NCBI GenBank assembly: GCA_051362555.1
Contig: CM120640.1
Span: forward strand, 10,292,001 to 10,356,000
From: Lingula anatina
Lineage: Eukaryota > Animalia > Brachiopoda
Direction: 5' to 3'
Length of the DNA stretch: 64,000 nucleotides
Below the pieces are notes generated by a model, which ran no database searches, was not told the DNA's origin, and saw only the letters and a program-made list of their open reading frames with translations. The position numbers were made by a program, and so were the translations under genes. Position 1 is the first letter of the stretch; each line of letters opens with the position of its first letter. Shown here piece after piece: positions 1 to 23,050 of the stretch.

Positions 1-479
1 TAAATACATGTATATATATATATTGTTATAAAAGTAATACTGAGTGTATTATTCAGTGATATTTCACTGTTGCTCTTTTTAAAAAAATTTATTACAGTTA
101 TGCAGTATATATAGACCATCTTTCTGGGCCTTTTTCTTCTTTCGTTTTTTGAATTGCATAAATACGTTTGAACAACACCGATAATAGAATTGTCATTTAT
201 TGTCCTTTCAAAATGGCAATTTTTTATAATCAAATATATGTTCTTTCCTTTTTCCAAGGCACTCTTGATTTTACTACTACTAATATCCCTAAACAGTATC
301 ATCATTATTCACTGAAACGACGCAATTGTGTCACAAGGTAAAATGAATGACTGTAAATTAAAACCAAATTTGGTAGCTCGTTTTGCGTATTATTCTATCA
401 AAACATACATAGATTAATCTTAAAAGGCCAGACAATGAATAGCTGTTGATGATCTACAGTTACAGTAATTCTGTCCCAC

Positions 480-3400
480 CTTTTGATAAGAAGACATTGT
501 GTAGTTGAAAGGTGGAGTTGCCGTCCGAGTGCGGGTGTCCTTCTCAAACTGTTCATATTGGGCGTCAGCCTGTTTCCTTGCTGACAACGTGAATAACAAT
601 TGTGACGCATCTTTCAAATCCTCTCTCCTCGTTTTTGTATTTGAAATCCATGGTGGTTCTTTGTCAGTTGGTATATTGGACAGGATCTCAAAATTGACGA
701 AGACGTATTCGCCGTTTGTAAACCCAGCGTCATGAGCGTCTAAGAGCAGTTTGCCCAGCTGCTTAGTGTTGGGGACGCAGATGAGAACGACTTAAAGAGA
801 AAAGAAAAACCCGATTATCCAACAGCGTTGACATAGGAATGGGTCTGCCTCTCAACGTTTAACTAATTGAATTGAGATCAGGTGTCATAAGATAACTTTA
901 AGTGCTGCATAAGCTTCAATCGATCCCGCTTTTTTCCTTTTTTCTACTAGAACCGGATTGAATGTCCGGAGTACACAAACCCTTCTTTGTACAGCCTTTC
1001 ACGTAAAAATCGAATTGTTTAGTGGATTTGAAATAATGTGCTGTGGTTCGCTAGCTCTGTTTGATTCAACGTTGTTGGGCGGGAAATATCTTGTCAATTT
1101 AACAATTTATCGGATGTAGTACTTTTTATTTTGTTTTAAACTATAAACATCAAAGCAAATTTACTCACTCCTACATTTCTTTTTCATTTCCTCCAAAATA
1201 GACTTGAAGTCACTCGTTTGTGAGTCAGCGAATGACATGAAATAGTTAAGATGGAGATCCCGCCTCGAAGTTATGATTTCTGTTGTATCGTTACCAACAA
1301 CATTACAGTCCGTGTTGTCTGCCTTCAGGAGACCTGGAAATTATCCGCATACTTCTTCTTAGAACACAGTTCAAAAAAGAAAAGATTAATTGATGAAAAT
1401 GCATACTATCACTAGCATTTTTAAAAATTATTTTTCAACAACTTCATCTTAATAACAATCTAAAATCATAAACTTAACAGATCGTTTGCCCCAGCGATTC
1501 TAACCGAATTACGCATAAAAATTTGGGCCCATGACACATGTAAATACTGAGTACGATACGTGCATCATGGTTCCAAGATAAAAAAATAATTTGGATCTTC
1601 ACCGATCTTTTTCCATTTGTAATAGTCCAATACAGTAGTCAGGGAGGCAGCTATGTTATCCGTGGAAGGCAGGGTTCTGTACAGTGTTGGGTATGTCTTC
1701 TTATAACTGAGGTCTGGGGCTGGTGAGACCCACGATATCACTGGGAGATTCCAGTAAGACGCTAGTAAACTTACAGACCTGGTGGCTGAAATCGTAAATA
1801 TTTTACATTGTGTGATACGTCTCTTAAACTGTCAATATCTCTCTCACTTTCTCTCTATCACTCTCTCTTTCCAGAAAGTGAATAAATACTTTTAAGGCTC
1901 AGATACATAAAGTGTGGACGTTTTATTATGACATGTATGTTCATGACAGTCCCAAGAGTAAGTAGTTTCATGCGGGATAACAAACCGCGAACAACGGGTC
2001 ATTTCACACGCGACTTTTATTTTGACTTTTCACCGCAAGTAAAACAATGAATAATTGATTGTTTTACAACAGCCAACCAAATGTGAAACTGCTTTGGTTA
2101 CAATTCATCTAAAATTTATCTTTGCACTTTACCCACCAAATAAGTTGTCAACTGCTTAGATACTGATTTCTATTTGATTGCTAGCGTTTCAGCAGCCTAT
2201 CAGCTAAATAATAAAGATAACGTAAGCTGGAGGAAATAAGCGAACGCGTACCAATGGACCTCTAGAATAGAAATCACAGTCGACTGAAAATAATCCTAAA
2301 GGGCCATACGAGATACCAAGGCAATGGCTTTGTAATTTATTTTCGTGTATTTGCTAAGATTAGCTCAGCCCTGATGTATAACAACCCTGTTTATAGACGT
2401 CTGAAGAAATGGCATTTAATGAGGCTGCAAAAACAGTAGCAAAAAAAGTGTAATGCTCCGCAGGGTTAAAGTTGTCATTGAAAACAGGGAACTAACCACT
2501 GGCATTGTTCTGATGTGCGCTGGGACTGAAATTTAACTCAGGCTATTTTGAGAGACTGAATATTGTTGGGGGGAATTTTTTCGGCTCCGTAAAAGCTTTC
2601 TCTCTGCCTATCTCTTTGGTCACAAAACATGATTCGATTACATGCCAGATAAGAAGCATCCGTTTTAATGTCATCTGAGAAACATTTATATACACAACTG
2701 ATGAATCATTTCTTGGTGTTTAAATTATTTGGATACTCAGATATCACTGTTTGATTTTTAGCTGTGCTATCAAAAACTAAGTAGCTCTTTTCAAGAGTAT
2801 TTTCGATTTTCAGTTTATTTCAATAGATTTTATATTTCTTATTCGTTCACTGGGATATTCACCTTATAACTGTAGGCTCTTTTACAGACCATTTTTGAAG
2901 GTCAAACAATTTGTTTTATCTTATCTTATTTATTCCTTGGTTTGTTGTTGTGACATTAGGCAAAACAAATGTTTTGCTACAGTGTAAAATATTGAAATGT
3001 AAATTGTAATGAAAACCAAGGCAGATCATGAAGAGAAAAACATTTCTAGACTGTAGCACATTTCTCCCTTTTTTATTTTTCTTGCTTTGCCATCTAAGAC
3101 GTCGCAGTTTACAATCATTTTCAGTCATTCTAGCCTTTTCGTACATCTAGAGTAATTAATCTCAGTCCATTAAAATAAAACCTAAGATCAAATCCTTGCA
3201 TGGGGGCCCTCACTAAATTCAACAAATGCAGATGGCACATTGAACTGAAAATTGTTTAAAATGTTGTGTTCTGTCGAAAAATGCCAAGAGTTGAGCTCAA
3301 ACCATTTGCCCATCTTACCATGCAATGCCCAACAGTCTCCATTTGATAATGAGTCCACAACAGCCAACAAACTTGGACTTATTTCAATGAAATGGTCCGT

Positions 3401-4267
3401 TCAAAATTCAGACGCGTTACGCATCGTTTTTATCACTGTTGCACTCGCATGCTTTCATTGCGATGAGTTATTTTTGACTTTGTTTTGTTTAATCAACCAT
3501 TGGAGGAGTAAATACGAAGAATGAAAACTGACACTACCCTTTCCTTCTTCCATATTTTCTAACGTTATTTAGAAATAAAGTGAGAAAAATCTAACTCTAA
3601 CTAGTAAAGCACTGAGAGAGCGCAGGCTCAGTTCTCTTTATTATTAATAAATTCATGGATCACCACCAACATCTGATCGATTGAAAACTAGCGTATTTAA
3701 GGTCTATCTTTAAAAATATATATAAAAATCCATATGTAACTTTTTGAGTTAGGCTGTTAACAAACGAACACAAACATAACCTTCTCTTATACCACCCTTT
3801 CTTCTCTGCTGTTTTCAAAATAAGAATTAAAAAAATACAACTTGTTAACCACACAAACCACATTAATGGCAAGGAGAACAATCGCGGGTCACTACAGGTG
3901 CCGAGAACGCATCATTAGAAACTAAGTATTATCCCTCACCTTTTGAACAGGGCGGTCCAATGAAAACGCTGACGTGTTCTTGTAAGTACAACTCCACGGC
4001 CGCCCCCAGGGCCACGCTCGAGTCGCACTTTGTGTCTCGCCACACAAAGTCGAAACTGTAACCAGCATTTTTAAGTCCTGGAAAATTACGTTCGATCTTC
4101 TCTTTAGCCACCAGGACAGCCCCTGCTGACGTTTGTCCCGAAAACGGCGTGGAGGTGGTAGACTCCCAGGGAAATAGTACACCAAGTTTCAACAGCACTG
4201 CTGCCGTCGCTACTTCCAGGAATTTTGCAAAAATGAGACTCAGAATAGTTAGGCTCCGAGTTCTCAT
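480..4267 (-). CDS. Natriuretic peptide receptor / membrane guanylyl cyclase-like protein, N-terminal extracellular ANF-receptor ligand-binding domain (gene continues beyond the left edge)
   Basis: Exons 4267-3940, 1785-1603, 1333-1169 and 790-480 join in frame through GT-AG introns (phases 1,1,1,0), about 329 aa. Signal peptide MRTRSLTILSLIFAKFLEVATA, then ANF-receptor-type motifs WRDTKCD, VFIGPPCS, LASYWNLPVISW, YPTLYRT, YYKWKKIG and GFTNGEYVF. Kinase-homology and cyclase domains are not in the window, so an NPR-C-like or other ANF-domain receptor is not excluded. Confidence 0.8.
3598..3788 (-). mobile_element. Degenerate short Helentron-associated (HINE/DINE-1-like) non-autonomous element in intron 1 of the receptor gene
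   Basis: The minus strand reads GGTTATGTTTGTGTTCGTTTGTTAACAGCCTAACTCAAAAAGTTACATATGGATTTTT...GGTGGTGATCC...GCGCTCTCTCAGTGCTTTACTAGTT. This is a GTTT-type microsatellite remnant, a 3' hairpin and a CTAGTT end, which I recognise from memory as HINE layout. The subterminal inverted repeats have decayed. Confidence 0.55.
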
Positions 4268-5522
4268 GCTAGAACAGTGCGCAAGAGTCCCTTGCGACTC
4301 ATTACTGGAGCTGATATTGACCGTTGTGAACCGAATTCCACTTTGAAGAATTGTGCATCATAATTTTGTTTCGTTCTATACCCCCTGAACCAGTGAATCG
4401 AAAAATAAACATAATCTGGCCGCGTGCTGGACATGAGTAAAACGCATCAACCTTTGGTCCAGCAAAATCACCACAAAATAATCTGTGTAATAAATCGACT
4501 TCAAAGGGTCTCTAATCTTTTTCAATTTCAAAAACACAAGGTCTATTAAGTGTAAAAGGCACTTGTCGTGTTTCTTGAATCATACACACTCCATCGAATA
4601 GACCGCACGGGCCTCTGCTCATATTATGAAACTAAGCATCCCAACAGTTGTCCAATAAACCTTCACAAAACAAAAGATAAACACGCCCTGGACTCAATAC
4701 TTCCAGTTTCAATTTTCTCTGCCACTTTCCAGCTTTCGGTAAAAGTGAAATTTACAACCTGCTCCATGTAATCGTTAATGCCAGCAGTGATTTTTCCTCG
4801 CTCAATTTCCCGGCAGCGAACGTGACATGTCAGATGTCGATAATCACATAATACGCATGTCAGGGTTAGGTAGAAAAATGTACTCATTTGATAAGAATTT
4901 AAATCCAATCTTCAAATCCATATCTTTAGCATGTTTGTCTTGGGCTAGGGAACTGGTTGTGTCAACCTGGTGTCCTATAACCTGTATCAGGTAGGCTACC
5001 GTAGAGGTCACGTGACATAGGGGCAAGAGACGTAGTTAATTTTCACTGGTAATGATCTGGACGCAAGTACTATCTTCATCTTCATATCTTCATTAATCCC
5101 AAGATAATCTGCAATATCCCTATCGTTGCTTACTGCGGTTTCTCATGGCAGCCAATAAATAGTCGCCATTTCAAAGTGCCAATTTATTATTTAAAGACAT
5201 TAGAATTTCAACTAAGTCTAAATTATAAGTCTTTTTGAAAGAATTTTACATACAGAAAAAAATCGATTCCACCTGTTAAAAACTCCTGTGAACATTTTGA
5301 TATGATTGCTATTGCCCTTTCAAATGTATAATTGCTGGCATTTCGGATAAACTCAATGAAAAACGAATTTATTTGACTAGACGAGGAATGGCAAGAAAAT
5401 ATTGAGCGAGTGCTCAATGAGCGAGGTCGAGGTATTGTTGGTCTGCTTCAAAATAGGTCTCGAAGAAGAATTTCTTCATATGCATTATTATGTTTACAAG
5501 ATTCACAAAAAAATAGATTAAA

Positions 5523-5762
5523 AGAATGAAGAATGAAGTTAAAGTGAATAGCCTCTATTCAGCAGATATAATTGCCCCACCTCCCCACACCTATTGTCTT
5601 AGGAAAGGGAGGTAGAGGTCAGGGGTAGTCTCATTCCCTGATGAAGATGTTCTGCTAGACATCGAAATACTGGAGGTAATAACTATTTCAATATTAAGCT
5701 GTTGACTGAAGAAAAATTACTTCATTCTTATAGCATAACACAGCTGATGAAATTCTTTTCTG
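5523..5762 (+). mobile_element. Penelope-like retroelement pLTR fragment with 12-bp target-site duplication
   Basis: Flanked by the direct repeat AAATAGATTAAA (5511-5522 and 5763-5774). The 5' segment is inverted relative to the 3' part (AAGAATGAAGT 5529-5539 vs ACTTCATTCTT 5719-5729). Internal minimal hammerhead-like core. Confidence 0.6.
5634..5675 (+). ncRNA. Degenerate minimal (Penelope-type) hammerhead ribozyme motif
   Basis: Stem I UUCC (5634-37), CUGAUGA (5638-44), an extra A, stem II GAUGU/ACAUC (5646-50/5659-63), GAAA (5664-67), UAC U, then GGAG (5672-75) closing stem I. Position 16.1 is C rather than U, so this copy is probably inactive. Confidence 0.5.
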
Positions 5763-7314
5763 AAATAGATTAAAGTTTTAAAGGCAGTTTTATCACAAAA
5801 AAAACTTTTGATTAACATGCCTGATGAAATATTTAGCAGTCCGCTCTTTCATAGAGAAATAACCAAATATAACCGAAAATATATCACAAAACATTCATCT
5901 CCTTATCTCAATTTTCAAGGAAAATGTCAAGCTGTGAAGCAGAGTTAAATTTAATCTACTTAAAATAAATTTGGCTTTTTTTTCTGTCCGGCACGCGTCA
6001 AACGCCCTGCCTGGTGGCACTACACGATTCTACACGGACCGAATTCACTCCTAAATTAGCACTGGAACTAACACTTTCAAATATATGCTGAAACACAACA
6101 TTTGCGTCATTCTTACGCGGCTGAAGCACCAAGCGGTGGCGGTGTAAAAATACTTCTGACAACAGGTGGCGGTTATTCCGCAATTCATCTAGATAAAATC
6201 ACGCATTATCTTTGCATGAAGTTCTTATGAATCGACGATCTGTCTAGCTGTTCGTGCTCGACTTTGCTGATGTGCTAGAGTGAATTGTTATCACATGTGC
6301 AGTCTCCACAGAGCTAACCAACGCCTGAGAGATAACCACCCAGTCTTCGCCAAGTTCAAACATTACTATGGGAAAGTTTTACCCGTGGGAAGTATGCACG
6401 CTGTCTGTTTGACGTATCCACCACATCCAAATGTGGAATCTACTCTGCTCTGATGCCATGCTTCAGTACACGCCAATATTGGTACAACGTGTTTATAGGC
6501 TCTAATTCAAAGTACTTTAACAAATACTCACTTTCGGTCATCGACGAAGATGTAACAGTAGAATTTAAAACGATTGGGCGTGGCTTACAAATATATGCTT
6601 ACGAAAATATTTAAAATACTCGAGCGATTCCCCGTTTAAAGCTGATACAGCAAAATAATTGTAAGACTTCTCGTGTCTTTTTTAGCACCGAGAGACCCCT
6701 AATATGCGTCTTATTAAGAATTCATCACCGATGGACGCGATGGATTACAGGGCTCATATCTACAGACATCTAAAACCCTGGTGTTAGGATACTAATAGGA
6801 AGAGCTTTATAATCACTTTCTGTGACGTACATGACATATGCCAATGATAATAATATCATTTCGCGTTATGTTTCATTTAAATTCAGAGAAATTACCCTGA
6901 CAAGTTTGATACATTGCACATAAATTATATTTTCATCCAACGTGGCACTGGAATATCAATACGCTGGAATGACAGATAAAAGAAATGAGTGTCAAAAAAC
7001 TTGTCCTTAAATATCCCTGTACTTTATCTTTAACATCGTTTTAAATACCCATGAGAAAGTTCATACGATTCCTTAAGATACGACATATCAAACAATTTAA
7101 AAAATACGAAAAATAGGCTAGATCACGGGCCGGCAGAAAAATTACATTGATTAATTATAAGGAAACACTCCAACGCGACACTTCATTTATCATACAATTT
7201 CATTATCACCATTGTGGTTTAAAAAGGTGAGTAAATAAATGCCATATGAGGAAACTATCCAGCTGCATAAGGACAAATTAAAACAGATGATGAAAACAAA
7301 CTTAAAATGTGCGC

Positions 7315-8128
7315 TTAAAATCTTTCATAGAACAACAAATAAGCTTCGGCTTGCAGTACTGACTGAAGAGATGCTCTAGAGACATGTTCGTCTGACGTAT
7401 ACAACCATTTTTCATTATGTCTCTGACCACAGCCAGATGGGGCTCGTCTGTATGTAACAAAATGTCCAGAAAACACATCTCCTAAATGAACCACCACTGC
7501 CATTAGCCTGTATTTGCTGTCTGGACAGCTTTCCTCTCTCTGGAGATGGAATTTGACATTATCTTGGGACCCCAAAAATTTTGAATTCTCTTTAAGAGTA
7601 GGTGATTGAGCATTTTCCTTCTTTGACCAAGCAATTTCTGACTTTGGTTGAGCAATATCCATCTCTGTTCTGGCCTCAGTATTTCTTTTTTCATCTTCTA
7701 CTATCTCTACTATATTTAGGTTGTCAGAAGGTTGCACAACGCTTTGTAGCGATTTTTCATGCACGGACTTATCTGTTTCACAGCTTTCATCACCATCTGT
7801 ACTCTGATTGAGATCACACTCCTCCAGTGTCCCTCTACTGACACTCACATCCACTTCTGTTTTGGGCTTATTTAGATCAGTTTCTTTCGGTTGCTTTACA
7901 CTGAACTCAGTGTAACAACTGGCAGCTATTTCAGTATAACATGTATCATTTAACTGGAGTTCAGTTTTTGCCATTTCACTCTGGGGGGAGTTTCTTTGGT
8001 TTGTTTGCTGTTCACAGCTTGTTTGCTGAGTAATGGGTGTCATTAGTGGATTGTTTCCCATATTTTTCTTCATGTTGGACACAGCTGGTTTTGGTGCTGA
8101 GTTGATTTTTTGTCTAAAAGATAAAGAA

Positions 8129-8173
<45 letters not shown>

Positions 8174-11100
8174 CATCCATTTGTGATATTTCATTTCTTT
8201 CACTTCAAATGAAATTATCTAAGAAAATATGAGATATAAAAAATATTTTGCTGGAAATTGTTAAAAAAATAAAAAAAAAAACATGCTGACACATAGATAA
8301 ATTGGTTGGTGTTTAACTGAATCAATAGACATAACTTTTTTTATTTACATTAGCATAGTTAATCACAGAAGTTACCTTTTATTGAACAAGCTACCACCCT
8401 GCAGACCAAACAGCCCATTTGCCAACCCTATAGATAGGTCTGGGGCCTTCCTCTTGTGGTACACATATGGACTCATGTCAAGTACCTCTGGGAATTCAAC
8501 ATGATCATTTCTCTTCATAGGCATGCCATTGTTCAGCCATATTGTTCTCTGTATGTGGATACATAGATTCTGGGGCAGCTATAAAGAAACAACATAAACC
8601 ATTTTAGCATCAAACTTTTTACTTGAGGAATATAAGCAACCGAACAATAAAGAACAGTATGAATTGTTTAAGCTTTAAATCTATATCCCACAGAATGCCG
8701 TGTTCCCTAGACCTTCTAAAAATACAATAAACTACCTTTAGCTTTTGAATAACCTTAAATACAATTAATGAATATCAAAATATTTATAGTCTGTCACAGT
8801 ATTTATCTTCACATTTAACTATTTAAGGAGTATCTTACTTTTCCAATAGTAAGTCTCTTCATAAAGGTGGCTTTGGGGAGTGGTTTGCTGTTGTGACATT
8901 GTGATATGTTGCCATGTAATGTCTTGGCGCAACCCTGACACTCAACATTTTGCACGTACTCTGACATCACGTAATGACGAAGGAGGCGATCTAGTGTCAC
9001 AGGTACCTGGAAATATGGAAATTGTAGGATTTATTATTATGCTGTAGAAAATATACCTTACATTTTGTTGATGTTGACATAATGCTAACATGTTAATGCT
9101 GACATTTTGCATTAATATTTTTCAGCTGATAAATTTTCATCACATTTTGGCAAAGATGTACAAAATGTACTGTAAAATTGCTCACAGAGCTAAAATTATT
9201 AAATAAAACAACCATTTGAACTATGTTAAAGGAACTTTGTTGGGGACATAAAAATGAAGAACCATGTACTCTGTACAAATTTGGTTCAAAAATAAATTAT
9301 TTGGCTTAATAAATATATGTGTACTTACCCAGACATACTGGTTTGGAGGAATGCTAAGAGACAAGCTGTCAAATTTATCATATCTCACTGGATTCTGATA
9401 AGAAAATAGAAAGAAAAACAAACATGCAATTAATATACATTCATAAACAATTATTTGACATGCATAAAAACATAGCTTTAAAATATGCTCACTTTCATTT
9501 TAAAACTAAACATTAAACATCTCCAAGTCTGCATCTGTTCTCATTGTAATAGCTGTTAGCAAATTTTAAAATTTTTTGTATACAAAAATTTATCACATCA
9601 AAGACTTAGAGGTGAAATTTTTCAGTAATCAGGCCTACCCAACTACCAGACTTGGCACCGAATGATCCTGAATTCACCGGTAGATCAGACCACACTTTCA
9701 AGGTGTGTGTCAGATCGCATTACACAGCATCATATCCTGAACAAATTTTGAGTGGTGATGCAATGCTTTTCAACCCCGCTGAGAATCGTCACTATCACAT
9801 CGCATACTAGGCAAGAGCGGTGTCGCGTCTGATACTGTGTAATGCAATCTGACACACACCTTGAAAACGGGTAGTGTGGTCTGATCTACCGGTGAATTCA
9901 GGATCATTTGGTGCTGAGTCTGGTAGTTGGGTAGGCCTGGTAATTATATCTGAAATATTAAAGAAACTTACACAGCAATTAGAAAAGAAATTTTTCAGTA
10001 CTTTTCTGGAAAGCAGAGACATACATGTGGTACAAGCATTACTCATACCACACGCCTCACCTTGTAACCACATAACTTGCACTGTAGCTGACTAGCAAGG
10101 AGTCCTCTAAATGGATGCTCAGAATCTCTGCAGGGGATAATGGGTAGCAGGCCCTGGCATCTTGTAGCTGCTCTGCCTTTTGGTTGGTACTTTATATTAG
10201 AATCCTAGTAGTCACACACACAAAAAGTACAGGTTAAGTTTTGAAATTGTAGAATATTTACAATTTGAAATGGCAACATAAATTTGAAATAATGTTATTA
10301 TGAATTTAAGTTTTATAATCATTAATATCAGGAGTTTCATGACACAATTTACATGTCTTTAAAAAGATTCAGTTTATGTGCAAATGTAAAATCTAAGGTA
10401 AGCACTTAACAATCACTTACTTCTACATTGCCTTAAGACTTAGGGTGCATTCCCAGAGATTTAGATTGAGATCTACCTAACTCTCTGGGGGTTCATGCTA
10501 AATTGCAGTCAGCCGAGCGTGCACCATAGTTAATTACCCCCTTACATCTTTTAGAAGGCGGACAGTAATCTAGTGAGACACCCCACAGGGATAGATCGAT
10601 CTAAAATCTATGGGAATGGGGTCTTACATAAATGCTATTGACATCAAAGATAGACACAACACTTGGGTACTTGGTACTCTCTTCTTCCAATGTCTCTGTT
10701 AGTACATGGAACAGCTCATGAGAGTCCTAGAAAAAAGAATAAAATGATCCAACTGCAACTGGTAATGAACTTATTTCCATCTCCCTCCTATCTTTCACTT
10801 TCCCACAGATTGTTTCATACAACTAACACAAAATGTGTTAGTTATGAATGCATGCTATATACTAGTACAAGACAAATATGATCATAACAGTGGCTTTAAT
10901 AAAAAAAATCCTTCAAACCAGCAGCAAAGATCAGAGTTAATTGTGCTCCAATATTATGGTGTGTATCAGGTCACCTCGTCAGAGTTTCCTTGAAAAAGAG
11001 ATTTCCTGACTTAACAGGCACTACAATATTGGAGTGCAAATAGCTCTGATATATCTCAGCTATTGTTTTGAAGATATTATCACACTATCTGAGTGGATAC

Positions 11101-12116
11101 AAATGACATTGTGTATATCTGAAAAAAATTTTAAACTTTGTTTAGTTATGTAATGTTATGTAATCACAATATACATGTCTTTGGAGATATAGATGAGTAT
11201 TCTTTACCTGCTCTTCTGTAGGCGGTATGACCCATCGCCTAAGTCTCAAATTTTCCACAACTTCCAATGCACTGTTTGTATGTTCTGTGTCCCCTTGGTT
11301 ATTTAGAACTAAAGACAAATTAGGCAAAAATATCAGCAGAAAGTAAAGATTGTGTTGTAGTTGACAAAGTTTGATTTTAACAAGGCTTAAAATCTTATCA
11401 GGAAAAAGATATTTTGCATGTTACACTAAACATACTTTGTATAAATTGCTTTACATCTTTGAGTGGAACATGCTTTCTAATACCATGCTACATATACTGT
11501 AATATCACATTCTTAGGGAAAAAAACAACTAAAAATAACCTATACCTTTCAGTATTTTAATGAGCGCAAAAGCGATGCACTGTGTGTAACCCTTGTTAAT
11601 CCTCTTGTCCACAAAGTCCCCCAGCCACTGTACAGTGTAGTAGCATGGTGCCAAGGCCTGCAGGACAGCATTCAGGAAACAGGTATTGCCTAAGTTCCTC
11701 AGCCCCGGACAGGTGTCTGGAATTAATTAGTACAGGTAACAGGGTTCATCAAACATTCATCTCACAATTTTTTGGGTGCACCACTGGTTGCTACTTTTAT
11801 TATTTATCTTATTTACACATACATTGGTATGGGCCAAAATAGATGTTATACTATAGCATATTGATTGAAATGCACCAAATCGCCTCACACTCAGATTCTT
11901 TCAGATTGTGCATTACCTTTTTTCAGCTTCGACTTTCTTTCTGAGGGACCATATAAGATGTAGACACCAGCCATAACGGCAGCAGCTGTGCTGCCAAGAA
12001 GGAAGGCATTTTTGGTATCCATTCTGTGACAAAAAAATTATGCAACGATTTCCTTATACTTTATATGTTTGTTTACACCCTGCCATCAGGCCCGTGCACC
12101 TTCTTTCCGTCTTCAT
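7315..12116 (-). CDS. USP30: Ubiquitin carboxyl-terminal hydrolase 30 (mitochondrial outer membrane deubiquitinase)
   Basis: Exons 12116-12100 (tentative; alternative ATG at 12022), 12023-11917, 11716-11546, 11308-11208, 10726-10628, 10204-10061, 9394-9329, 9006-8839, 8578-8376 and 8113-7315, about 624 aa in frame. N-terminal TM segment followed by a basic patch (AAAVMAGVYILYGPSERKSK), Cys box GLRNLGNTCFLNAVLQAL, EEQDSHELFH, HPFRGLLASQLQC, His box YRLMAVVVHLGDVFSGHFVTYRR, WLYTSD (USP30-type Ser in the triad) and AYLLFYER. Confidence 0.93.
8138..8170. repeat. (TA)n microsatellite
   Basis: Direct TA run next to a poly-A tract in the last USP30 intron. Confidence 0.9.
9630..9939. mobile_element. 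Foldback MITE with about 100-bp terminal inverted repeats and 5-bp TSD, in a USP30 intron
   Basis: CAGGCCTACCCAACTACCAGACT...ATTACACAGCATCA (9630-9732) is mirrored by TGATACTGTGTAAT...AGTCTGGTAGTTGGGTAGGCCTG (9830-9939). Direct repeat GTAAT at 9625-29 and 9940-44. Confidence 0.85.
10443..10623. mobile_element. PIF/Harbinger-like MITE with TTA target duplication
   Basis: Imperfect TIRs GGGTGCATTCCCAGAGATTTAGAT and ATCTAAAATCTATGGGAATGGGGTC, flanked by TTA at 10440-42 and 10624-26. Confidence 0.7.
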
Positions 12117-12362
12117 GCTGTTCTTGGAATTGTGGGTAAAAATGTTCATTTCGGGAGAGCAGAGGAGAGGGTTAATAAAATGCAGTATTTTATTTCATGT
12201 AGCCATACGATATGTATTATATATATTTCTTTAAATTCAATTTAACAATAAATAACCAACCAAAAACTGTAAATAAACAATGCTTGATTGCCAAATGAAT
12301 ATTAATAAAATTTGAGTATTTTTTCATTGTGTCTCCCTAAAATGTTTGTAGTCCTCGTAATC
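12117..12362. promoter_or_regulatory. Putative bidirectional promoter shared by USP30 and MAPKAPK5
   Basis: Only about 246 bp separate the divergent start codons (12116 on -, 12363 on +). A partial GGACTACAA motif lies on the minus strand near 12345-12353. Confidence 0.65.

Positions 12363-23050
<10,688 letters not shown>

Noticed and set aside
5745-5830. Further CTGATGA heptamers as extra hammerheads
   Set aside because: They lack a stem II followed by GAAA.
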